DNA of 64,000 nucleotides from an uncultured Myxococcia bacterium (GTDB lineage Bacteria; Myxococcota_A; UBA9042; PHBI01): NCBI GenBank assembly GCA_942493285.1, contig OW818691.1, positions 7,126,484 to 7,190,483 of the forward strand, read 5' to 3'. Shown piece by piece: positions 56,758 to 64,000 of this stretch (position 1 is its first letter; each line of letters starts with the position of its first letter). The notes under the pieces were generated by a model. It saw only the letters and a program-made list of their open reading frames with translations, ran no database searches and was not told where the DNA came from. The position numbers and the translations under genes were made by a program.

Positions 56758-58935
56758 ATGCGACTCAGAAACGGCACACGCCTGCTCCTCGGCCTCTCCA
56801 TCGCCCTCTTCTCGGCGTGCGGCGACTCGACCTCTGGCCGCTCCGACGCGGACATCCCCGACCCCTCGGACACACCTGACGTCGATTCGTCGGAGCCCGA
56901 CACCGACGAGCCCGACATCGCCGACACCGTCGCACCCGACTCCCCCGACGGGCCCGATGTCACCGACACCGTCGCGCCCGACTCCCCTGACGCGCCCGAC
57001 TCCCTAGACGGGCCCGACATCGCCGACACCGACACCTTCGACGACGTCGCCGACACCTCGCCCGAGACCACCCCGCCCACCTGCCCGTGGGAGCCCTGGA
57101 ACCAGGGACTCGACGGCGGCCGCGTCGATGTCGCCCGCTTCGACCCCCGCATCGCCGGCGTCGCGTGGTCCTTCTCCGGCGGCATCGCCTTTCGCTCGAC
57201 CGATTCGGGCGCGACATGGACCGAGTGGGCGACCGACGTCTTCGCCAACTTCCTCGCCTTCCCGCCGGGCGACATCAAAGAGCTCCTCATCGGTAGCCAG
57301 GGCCTCTCCATCTCGCGCGACACCGGGCGCTCCTTCGAGCCCTATGCGCTGACCGGTCTGAGCCTGTCGGCCGTCGCCGTCGACCCCGCTCTGCCGCAGC
57401 GCCTCTGGGCCGCCGTCCCCGGTGTCGGGCTCCTTCGTTCGGACGACGCCGGCCGCACCTTTGGTCCTCGCAACAACGGCATCACCAACGCGTACATCGT
57501 CTCCATCACGGGTTTCCCCGAGCTCCCCGACACGACGCTCATCGGCACCGTCGACCTCAACGAGGGCGGCGCCCCGCTAGGTCGTGGCAAGATCCTCCGC
57601 ACCACCAACGGCGGCGCCAACTGGACCGTCGTCAACTCCGACATCTCGTGGGGCACCGACTTCGCGGCGTGTCCAACCCAACCCGGCCGCATCTACGCCG
57701 CTGCCCGAACGGGCGCCCGCGTCTCCAACGACTACGGACTGACCTGGTCGAAGATCCCGGTCCTCGAAGGCCTCGACGTCCTCGACATCGCGCTCAGCGC
57801 CGACTGCTCAACGCTCTGGGTCGCGGCTCCCGGCCGCGGCATCTATCGGATGACCGACGGCGGCGCCACCCTCGAAGGCCCGATGGTCACCGGCCTCGAC
57901 CTCGAATGGACCCGCTTCGCAGGCACCATTTCTGTCGACCCCAACGACTCGAACATCCTCCTGCTCTCGTCGCACTCGGGCATCTTTCGCAGCGTGGATC
58001 GCGGCTTCTCCTGGCGCCGGATCCCCGCCGCCCGCGGCATGAGCGTCACCCGCCTGGCCTGGTCGACCAGTGCCGATCGTATGTTCCTCACGAGCTGGGG
58101 CAGCGGGCTCTGGACCCGCACCTCGGCCACCCCGTGGGTCCGCGCCCCTCGGCCCACGATGGACTTCCTGCTCACGGCCGCCGCGTCCGACCTCGACTCC
58201 ACCCGCCTCGTCGTCGGCGCACAAGGCCTTGGCTGGGCGACCACCAACGGCCTCGCCTCGCTCGAGCCCCGTATCCTCGCGTCCAACGTCTTCGACGCCC
58301 ACTTCTTCGACAACGGCGACATCCTCGCGGCCACCCAGACGACCGGCCTGCACCGCAGCTCCGACGGCATCACCTGGGTCCGCACGAATCAGGGCATCGC
58401 GCCTTGGCAGACCAACCTCGGCCTTCACCTCGACACCCGGTCGCTGGCGGTCTCGGGCGACGACCCGCCCCGCATCTATGTCGGCACCCGCGGCCGCGGC
58501 GTCATCGTGAGCGCAGACGGTGGCCTCAACTGGCGCTTCGTCGACAACGCGCTCTCTCAGACCTTCGTCCCGAAGGTTCTTGTCGATGCCCTGGACCGCT
58601 CGACCGTCTACGCGCTCACCGAGGACCGCGGCGTCTTCATCTCGACCGACGGCGCCGACACCTTCGAGCCCCTCGGCTCGAACCTCGAGAGCCTGCTCCT
58701 GAACAACCTCGTGCAAGACCCAGTGACGGGCACCCTCTATACAAGCCCAACCCAGGGCGCCATTCAGTCGCTCGACCCCAACTCATCGACCTGGAACGTG
58801 TTTCGCCGCTACTGCGCGGACGCCGAGAACTTCTCCTCGCTCGTCATCCAGGAGGCCACCGATGGACGCTGGCTCGTCGGCGCCAAGTCCTCCAACCGGA
58901 TCATCCGCACGCGCCTCGACGACCCCGAGCCCTGA
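56758..58935 (+). CDS. BNR/Asp-box repeat (sialidase/sortilin-like beta-propeller) lipoprotein with D/P-rich tandem-repeat linker
   Basis: ATG at 56758. Lipobox LFSAC. Asp-box repeats S-x-D-x-G-x-T-W/F (STDSGATW, TNGGANW, SNDYGLTW, SVDRGFSW, SADGGLNW, STDGADTF). N-terminal (DTVAPDSPDxPDxx)n linker. The ORF-track start at 56668 is rejected. Confidence 0.7.
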   Translation: MRLRNGTRLLLGLSIALFSACGDSTSGRSDADIPDPSDTPDVDSSEPDTDEPDIADTVAPDSPDGPDVTDTVAPDSPDAPDSLDGPDIADTDTFDDVADTSPETTPPTCPWEPWNQGLDGGRVDVARFDPRIAGVAWSFSGGIAFRSTDSGATWTEWATDVFANFLAFPPGDIKELLIGSQGLSISRDTGRSFEPYALTGLSLSAVAVDPALPQRLWAAVPGVGLLRSDDAGRTFGPRNNGITNAYIVSITGFPELPDTTLIGTVDLNEGGAPLGRGKILRTTNGGANWTVVNSDISWGTDFAACPTQPGRIYAAARTGARVSNDYGLTWSKIPVLEGLDVLDIALSADCSTLWVAAPGRGIYRMTDGGATLEGPMVTGLDLEWTRFAGTISVDPNDSNILLLSSHSGIFRSVDRGFSWRRIPAARGMSVTRLAWSTSADRMFLTSWGSGLWTRTSATPWVRAPRPTMDFLLTAAASDLDSTRLVVGAQGLGWATTNGLASLEPRILASNVFDAHFFDNGDILAATQTTGLHRSSDGITWVRTNQGIAPWQTNLGLHLDTRSLAVSGDDPPRIYVGTRGRGVIVSADGGLNWRFVDNALSQTFVPKVLVDALDRSTVYALTEDRGVFISTDGADTFEPLGSNLESLLLNNLVQDPVTGTLYTSPTQGAIQSLDPNSSTWNVFRRYCADAENFSSLVIQEATDGRWLVGAKSSNRIIRTRLDDPEP
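56923..57030 (+). repeat. Tandem ~42-bp coding repeat (DTVAPDSPDGPDVT / DTVAPDSPDAPDSL …)
   Basis: Two near-identical 42-nt units followed by a partial third are seen directly (gacaccgtcgcacccgactcccccgacgggcccgatgtcacc / gacaccgtcgcgcccgactcccctgacgcgcccgactcccta). Confidence 0.6.
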
Positions 58936-58992
58936 CCCGGGGTATCTCCGACCCGCCCTCTCGCCGGCGGGCTCTCGCGCCCCATCGCGCTC

Positions 58993-60444
58993 TCACCTGA
59001 GCGGCGAAGTCGCGTGTGCGTCGTCTCGACGTCGGCCCGCCCGCCCCGCCATTAGCCGGATCCCGAGGGCGACGATCCACACGAAGCCGGTCCCGATGAG
59101 GCCCAACCGGATGCCTGCGATGAACCCGAAGACCCCGGTCTCGAGCATGGCATACGGGATGAGCAGATAGAGTCCGACGATGCGCGGGAGTCCCCTGCGC
59201 CTGACCAGGACCTCCGCCGTTCCGAGGTTCAGGCCCGCGATGAGTCCTGCGAACATGATCCCCAGGAACCCCGCCCAGAGCGCGCCTTCGCCAGACGGTG
59301 TGCACGGCAGGTCGTCAGGCAGGCTCAGCCCCTCGAGATAGTTCTCACATGCCACCTGCTCGATCTCGTCCTTGCCCGGAAACAAGACCCGCGGCACGGC
59401 GAGCGCGAAGTTGCTCAACGCCAGCTCCGACATCGACAGATCCATGCCGCTGTTCATCAATTGGTGCGCCGCCGCGTCGAACCAGAGGTAGGTCAGGCGC
59501 GACTCGATCTGCTCGAAGGCGCGTGTGTCTCCCACCGCATCGATGGCACCCTCGAAACGATCGGCCACCGACACGCGCGACTCGGTCGAGAGGTCGCGCC
59601 ACCCGGCCGACGCCGTAGAGAACACGAAGAGCAAAGCGGCCAGGCCGAAAGCGCGCGTGACCATGATCCGAATCTCGCGCCGAGCGGTCGTGGTGATCAA
59701 CACGAACACCAGCATCAGCCCGACCACCACCATGAGCCGCCGCGACTGCAACGCGAACAGCATGAGGCCGATGGCACCAGCCATCGCCCACAGGCGCCAA
59801 CCCAAGCGGCGATGCGAGCTGCCAACGCCCAGCGCTGCGTTCTCGTCCCGTCGCGCCAGCGTGCCAAACCAGGCCGTCACGACCAGCGTGGGCGCATAGA
59901 AGAGCTCGAGCTTCACAAACCCGCCGCTCTCCTCGAGCGCCACGCTGCGGTCACCCCAGAACGACCACAACCCCGTCGCGAGAGCGGCGATGAATGTCGC
60001 GAACAGGAAGAGCAGCATCGCCTTGAGGAGCAGCTCATCCGGCATCGAGGGCGTCGGTTGCCTGGACTTCGCGCGTCGCTCCGCAAACGACGAGATGATC
60101 CGGCTGACCACCGCTGCAGTGCCGAGAAAGACCCCCATGCCAAGGAGCGCCCAGATGACGCTGTCGCCCGTCGGATGGAATCCGCCATAGTTCAACCCGT
60201 CCTCGGCCGCGTCTCCGATGCCCTGGGTGTAGGCGAGGGTGATCGCCGCGACGATGGTTGCGGTCGGCAATGAGTTGGCCCGCAGGAGCCACCCGACGAT
60301 GACCGTCGCGAATGTCGCCCAGCCGACCACGGCGACCAGTCCGGTCAGGCCGATCTCGTTCCTCGGGAACGCGAGCAACACCACGACGGCCGCGAAGCCC
60401 ACAAGGGCGACACGTATGGTCTGGCGATCTGGTTGGCCGAGCAT
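58993..60444 (-). CDS. Polytopic membrane protein, possibly O-antigen polymerase/ligase-like (Wzy/WaaL-type)
   Basis: 483 aa with about 10-12 TM helices and one large loop (…ADRFEGAIDAVGDTRAFEQIESRLTYLWFDAAAHQLMNSGMDLS…). Functional call is weak and context-based. Confidence 0.4.
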   Translation of the reverse strand: MLGQPDRQTIRVALVGFAAVVVLLAFPRNEIGLTGLVAVVGWATFATVIVGWLLRANSLPTATIVAAITLAYTQGIGDAAEDGLNYGGFHPTGDSVIWALLGMGVFLGTAAVVSRIISSFAERRAKSRQPTPSMPDELLLKAMLLFLFATFIAALATGLWSFWGDRSVALEESGGFVKLELFYAPTLVVTAWFGTLARRDENAALGVGSSHRRLGWRLWAMAGAIGLMLFALQSRRLMVVVGLMLVFVLITTTARREIRIMVTRAFGLAALLFVFSTASAGWRDLSTESRVSVADRFEGAIDAVGDTRAFEQIESRLTYLWFDAAAHQLMNSGMDLSMSELALSNFALAVPRVLFPGKDEIEQVACENYLEGLSLPDDLPCTPSGEGALWAGFLGIMFAGLIAGLNLGTAEVLVRRRGLPRIVGLYLLIPYAMLETGVFGFIAGIRLGLIGTGFVWIVALGIRLMAGRAGRRRDDAHATSPLR

Positions 60445-60598
60445 CCGGCCTTGGTTGCCGGAGGTCGGTCAAGCGGTCAAGCAACTCGTCGCAATCGGTT
60501 CACCGCGAAGCACACCCCCAGAGCCGTTTGCACGGTCGGGACGGCTGTCAAAGCCGCGACGGGCGTCGCGCGGATACGAGCGTGCGGACAAGGGCGCA

Positions 60599-60616
60599 GG
60601 GGGCACTTGCCCCCCC
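60599..60616 (-). terminator. GC hairpin (GGGGGCA-N-TGCCCCC) 18-35 nt downstream of the cytochrome stop; possible factor-independent terminator without U-tract
   Basis: Inverted repeat gggggcacttgccccc seen directly. No T-run, as is common in high-GC genomes. Confidence 0.25.
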
Positions 60617-60633
60617 GCACCGCCAAAGACTTC

Positions 60634-63054
60634 TCAGTTGCCGTGCACGAAGTCCAGGTCGGCCATACGACCAGGGCCGTGACAGACCGAGCAGGTCTCG
60701 ACAGGCCGCTCCGCCTCCCACACCCCACGCTCCCACTCAACGGCGCCGCCGTTCTGCTCCATGTGGGCTGCCGACATCCAGCTGTCGTGGCACGAGTAGC
60801 AGGCCGCAGCCTCCGGGCTCACGATGAGGTCGGACGCGTTCGGCACCGACGTGCGGGCCGCCACGATCTGAGTGCGCGTCTCGTCGGGACCCGAGGTCGT
60901 GCGGATCGTCGTCGGCAACGAGTTCTGCGACAGCGGCAGCTCGTAGCTCCCACCGTCGTGGCAGGTCTCGCAGTTGTTGATGTTGCCGGGGAAGGTCACG
61001 CCGCTCCAGTTGTAATAGTACACGCCGCTCGTGCCGCGGTTGCGGACGAACTCGTAGTCGGTCGTCCGGAAGGCCGAGGAGTGGATGCCGTGGATCATGA
61101 ACTTGAAGTGGTTGCTCGACTCGGGGAAGAGCAGCGGGTCCGCGCCGTAATCGTCGGCGTCGCTGGCGGGCAGTGCAAGGTGGGCCGGGTCGGCGCCGCG
61201 CCCGCTCGTGCTGAGGTTCGGGTTGTGGCACATGACGCAGATCTGGATGTCCTGGACCCGCGACCCGCCGTGTAGCTCGAGGCGCTCATGGCAGTTGCTG
61301 CACTTGTCGTTGTTGACGACCGAGCGCCGCTTGTCGTCGCCAGCGACTTCCTTGATGGCCGACACCACGCTGCGCGCCACGTTGCCGCCCGCGGTCACCT
61401 GGGTGAACGAGCCCTGGAGCCCGATGAGGCGCATGTCCGCGCCGACGGGGAAGGCGGCCGTGAAGGTCGCGACGAAGGCGCCGGCGTTGGTCGCGCTCGG
61501 GTTCAGGGTGCCGGCACTCGCGTTGCGGAGGTTGGCCAGCGACACCGACAGCGGCTGCGCCTCGGCGCGACCGAGGTTGTTGTAGTCGATCGACTCGGTG
61601 ATCCCGCCCTGCGGCGATCCATACGCGAGCAGGAAGCTCGGCCCGCCCGTGATGTCGGTCGGCAGGGTCTTCACGTCCATCGCCACACCATCGCGCAGCA
61701 CCCGGAACTCGACCGTCGGTCTACGCTCGGCGTCGACCGTCACCGAGAGGAGCTCGAATGAGAGGTTCGACAGGCCCACGGGCACGTTCGGGTTGTGGGG
61801 CGTGGACACGTTGGTGAGGTGGAAGAGCTCGACCTTGTCGCTCGTGTGGCACGAGCCGCAGAGCTGATTGTTGGCGAAGGTCCCACCGGTGTGGGTCGGG
61901 CTCGCACCTGTGAACGTCGTCGTCGCATGGCACGACCCGCATGCTTCGGCGGTCGGCACCGTCAACCAGTTGCCACCATCGGGCGTCGCCGCGAGCGAGC
62001 CATCGTGGCACTTGCGGCAGTTGCGGATGTCCTGCGGGTAGGTCACCTCTGAGTAGTCGTGGCCGCCGAGGACGAACGGCTCGCCCGGCAGATTGTGGCC
62101 CATGTGGAGCTTGTGGACCATGGTCCCGAAGTTGGCCGATGCGCCGTTGGTCGGGTCGGTCGTGCCAGGGTTGTGGCAAACGACGCAGTAGTCGACCTCG
62201 ATGCGGCTTCCGTGTGCGGTCAAGTCCGCGTGGCATCCATTGCAGCTCTCCGTGGCGACGATCTTGCGGGTCGAGGTGACCGCCGAGCCGTTGGGCACGA
62301 AGTCGTGCGTCTCGTTGACTGGCGGTAGGCCAAGGCCGGAGATCTGCAGCGCGAGCCGATGCGTGAGGGTCGGCTGGTAGGGTATGGCCGCCCCGGAGAC
62401 CGGGTTGGTCGCCGCCGTGACGTCCGTCGCGAAGGTGTACGTGTAGGTGCCATCGCCGTGGTCGACGAGTGTCCCCGTGCGCTCGACGTTGGCCTGAACG
62501 ACCGTGTTGCCGCCACCAGTGGCCGAGCGGTTGATGTAGCTCACCCAGTACGACGCATCGCCGGTCGCGTTCTCCGGGATCAGCTTGGCGAGCCCGAATC
62601 GGACCTGCCCCTGGCTGCCGGCCTTCAGCCCGACGGCTCCGCGCCCGACCGCATCGGTCACCGTGAACTCGACGACCGTCGGCGTACCCACGGTCACCTC
62701 GTCGATGGTCCCGATGAGGGCACCCGGGATCTCGGCCAGGACGTTGAAGCTCCAGGCGGCCGACGGTCCGGGTTCGCCCTGCTCGCCTTGTTCACCCTGC
62801 TCGCCTGGCTCGCCTTGTTCGCCGGGCTCACCTTGCTCACCGGGCTCGCCCTGTTCACCGGGCTCGCCTTGTTCACCGGGCTCGCCTTGTTCGCCGGGTG
62901 TACCAGGCTCGCCCTGTTCCCCGGGGTCTCCCTTCTCACCCTGTTCGCCTTGCTCGCCTTGAGGGCCAGGCGAGTCCACGCAGCCGATCTGCCCGTAGAG
63001 AGCGACCCCGAGGGTCAGGCCGAGAGACGTTACGAAGCGGTGGCGGTAGGTCAT
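60634..63054 (-). CDS. Decaheme c-type cytochrome, OmcA/MtrC family, lipoprotein with collagen-like (Gly-X-Y)23 N-terminal linker
   Basis: ATG at 63054 gives [29 protein letters not shown] (lipobox IGC). A 69-aa G-E-Q/G-E-P repeat follows. Ten CxxCH motifs (CNGCH, CVVCH, CRKCH, CGSCH x2, CSNCH, CVMCH, CETCH, CYSCH, CSVCH), with spacing and intervening beta-rich segments as in OmcA/MtrC decahemes. The ORF-track 5' extension (to 63180) is rejected. Confidence 0.8.
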   Translation of the reverse strand: MTYRHRFVTSLGLTLGVALYGQIGCVDSPGPQGEQGEQGEKGDPGEQGEPGTPGEQGEPGEQGEPGEQGEPGEQGEPGEQGEPGEQGEQGEQGEPGPSAAWSFNVLAEIPGALIGTIDEVTVGTPTVVEFTVTDAVGRGAVGLKAGSQGQVRFGLAKLIPENATGDASYWVSYINRSATGGGNTVVQANVERTGTLVDHGDGTYTYTFATDVTAATNPVSGAAIPYQPTLTHRLALQISGLGLPPVNETHDFVPNGSAVTSTRKIVATESCNGCHADLTAHGSRIEVDYCVVCHNPGTTDPTNGASANFGTMVHKLHMGHNLPGEPFVLGGHDYSEVTYPQDIRNCRKCHDGSLAATPDGGNWLTVPTAEACGSCHATTTFTGASPTHTGGTFANNQLCGSCHTSDKVELFHLTNVSTPHNPNVPVGLSNLSFELLSVTVDAERRPTVEFRVLRDGVAMDVKTLPTDITGGPSFLLAYGSPQGGITESIDYNNLGRAEAQPLSVSLANLRNASAGTLNPSATNAGAFVATFTAAFPVGADMRLIGLQGSFTQVTAGGNVARSVVSAIKEVAGDDKRRSVVNNDKCSNCHERLELHGGSRVQDIQICVMCHNPNLSTSGRGADPAHLALPASDADDYGADPLLFPESSNHFKFMIHGIHSSAFRTTDYEFVRNRGTSGVYYYNWSGVTFPGNINNCETCHDGGSYELPLSQNSLPTTIRTTSGPDETRTQIVAARTSVPNASDLIVSPEAAACYSCHDSWMSAAHMEQNGGAVEWERGVWEAERPVETCSVCHGPGRMADLDFVHGN
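62761..62967 (-). repeat. Tandem 9/18-bp coding repeat encoding collagen-like GEQGEP units
   Basis: Seen directly on the + strand as reiterated ctcgccttgttcaccgggctcgcc… units across about 200 bp. Confidence 0.7.
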
Positions 63055-63187
63055 ACGATCCTCACAGAGGTGACGTGCACGGACTGATTGGCAATCGCTG
63101 TGCCAGCGACCACCACCAGTTCCTTCAGGCCCTTGAGCGTTTGGGCACCACCAGCGAGTGAACTGGGTGGGTTTTTTCACCCGGGAG

Positions 63188-63203
63188 TGTGCTAATTATC
63201 ACA
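63188..63203. promoter_or_regulatory. CRP/FNR-family type palindrome TGTGC-TAATTA-TCACA in the divergent intergenic region
   Basis: 16-bp near-perfect inverted repeat matching the CRP consensus TGTGA-N6-TCACA at 15/16 positions. It lies in a locally AT-rich patch next to a T6 run (63172-63177), about 135 bp upstream of the cytochrome start codon and about 295 bp upstream of the + strand lipoprotein gene. Confidence 0.35.
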
Positions 63204-63498
63204 GTCGCCAAGCGCCCTTACGAAGCGGGAGGACCGTATCAGCGATTATTGCGAGGCACCAGTCTCGAAGCGCTCTTTATGACTGGCGGACGCGTTGCTG
63301 GGCCCCACCCAGCAGGACTCACTCACTGGGCAAGCCGCCTCTTCAACCTCATCTTCTGGGCATCTAACGACATTCGCACGTCGGTGTGACGCGTGACGAC
63401 GGACCTCCCCGACTGTGAGAGGTTGCGCCCCATCGTTGGCAAGACGGCCCGAAATCCGCGCTCAAACCCAGCCCCCAGCCCCCAGTCCCAAGGATACC

Positions 63499-64000
63499 AT
63501 GCGCCTCGCTCTCGCCTGTCTCTTCACGTTGCCCCTCGTCTGGGCTTGTGGCTCCAAGTCCGAGGTGTCCGCTCCGGCTGCTGGCCAGGACGCTTCGAGC
63601 ACCGCGGTGAAGCCTCCGGCCGCAACGCCCGGCGAACCCAATCCGGCCCCGGCCGCCCCGGAGCCACCGAGCCCTGCCGCCGTCCCTACCCCTGCTCCCG
63701 CCGCCCCGAGCTGCGCGTTCTCCGGTCTCGTGATGGGCGGCAGCGAAGGGCGCCAGGTTGCACAGGAGGCGTCGCTGCGAGACCTGGCCACCGCCGTTGG
63801 CAAAGAGGTCGGGACGGACGAAGACACCCTCGCCGCGCTCTGTCGTGGACAATCTCCGACCACCTGTAACGCCGACATGGTGATCTACACGACGCGTCAA
63901 GACGACGGTCGGAACGGCAGCGCGCTCAGTGTGTTCGTGCGCAGCGGCAAGGCCGGAGACGGTCCCTGGGTCGGCTTCGAGAGGCTCATCCCGAGCGACG
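63499..64000 (+). CDS. Hypothetical lipoprotein, 3'-truncated at window edge
   Basis: AAGGA RBS then ATG at 63499. MRLALACLFTLPLVWACGSKSE lipoprotein signal. Pro/Ala-rich linker. Open to the end of the window. Confidence 0.45.
   Translation, partial: MRLALACLFTLPLVWACGSKSEVSAPAAGQDASSTAVKPPAATPGEPNPAPAAPEPPSPAAVPTPAPAAPSCAFSGLVMGGSEGRQVAQEASLRDLATAVGKEVGTDEDTLAALCRGQSPTTCNADMVIYTTRQDDGRNGSALSVFVRSGKAGDGPWVGFERLIPSD

Noticed and set aside
56923-57030. Possible CRISPR array (also considered for 62761-62967)
   Set aside because: Both are in-frame coding tandem repeats (D/P-rich linker; collagen-like GEQGEP) inside long ORFs with no spacer-like unique segments. No cas genes are in the window.

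Overview
This is a high-GC (about 68-70%) bacterial chromosomal segment, almost certainly from a member of Myxococcota. The lineage call rests on a MYXO-CTERM-type sorting tail on one protein, the large number of TPR proteins, and an Agl-Glt/Nfs-like gene cluster. By eye it is gene-dense: about 48 protein-coding genes, with no rRNA, tRNA or CRISPR array detected.

Gene blocks, in order:
1. A 5'-truncated mtnA, then the rplU-rpmA-obg operon.
2. An 11-gene, same-strand, translationally coupled cluster (2.8-15.6 kb). It encodes three TPR proteins and two further secreted proteins of unknown function. It also encodes one TolQ/ExbB/MotA-like channel, two TolR/ExbD-like paralogs and a TonB-C-domain protein. 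This is the architecture of the core of Agl-Glt/Nfs-type envelope-spanning motors, with no Tol-Pal or TonB-receptor partners nearby.
3. A Uma2-family nuclease-like gene with a DUF4351-like tail, a MATE efflux pump, and a 1.15-kb gene-poor stretch.
4. A coupled operon: prolyl oligopeptidase, small protein, membrane protein, GMC oxidoreductase.
5. An NHL-propeller lipoprotein overlapping a TPR protein, a Gly-rich membrane protein, and a fused HExxH-plus-trypsin-like protease.
6. A RegB/RegA-type redox two-component system co-oriented with an outer-membrane barrel, a secreted protein and an MbnP-like (WxW) copper-binding lipoprotein.
7. An M20 peptidase convergent with an 1811-aa surface protein (FG-GAP, Cys-rich, HYR, TSP3 repeats, MYXO-CTERM tail).
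8. A multi-FHA protein and a hybrid PAS histidine kinase.
9. A complete urease operon, ureDABCEFG plus hupE/ureJ.
10. A secreted S1 protease, then a Maf/MptE-like gene, a GT-C-like membrane protein, a BNR lipoprotein and a Wzy-like membrane protein.
11. A lipoprotein decaheme OmcA/MtrC-family cytochrome with a 69-aa collagen-like Gly-X-Y linker and a CRP-type palindrome upstream.

The two most unusual items are the Agl-Glt-like motor cluster and the collagen-linked decaheme cytochrome.
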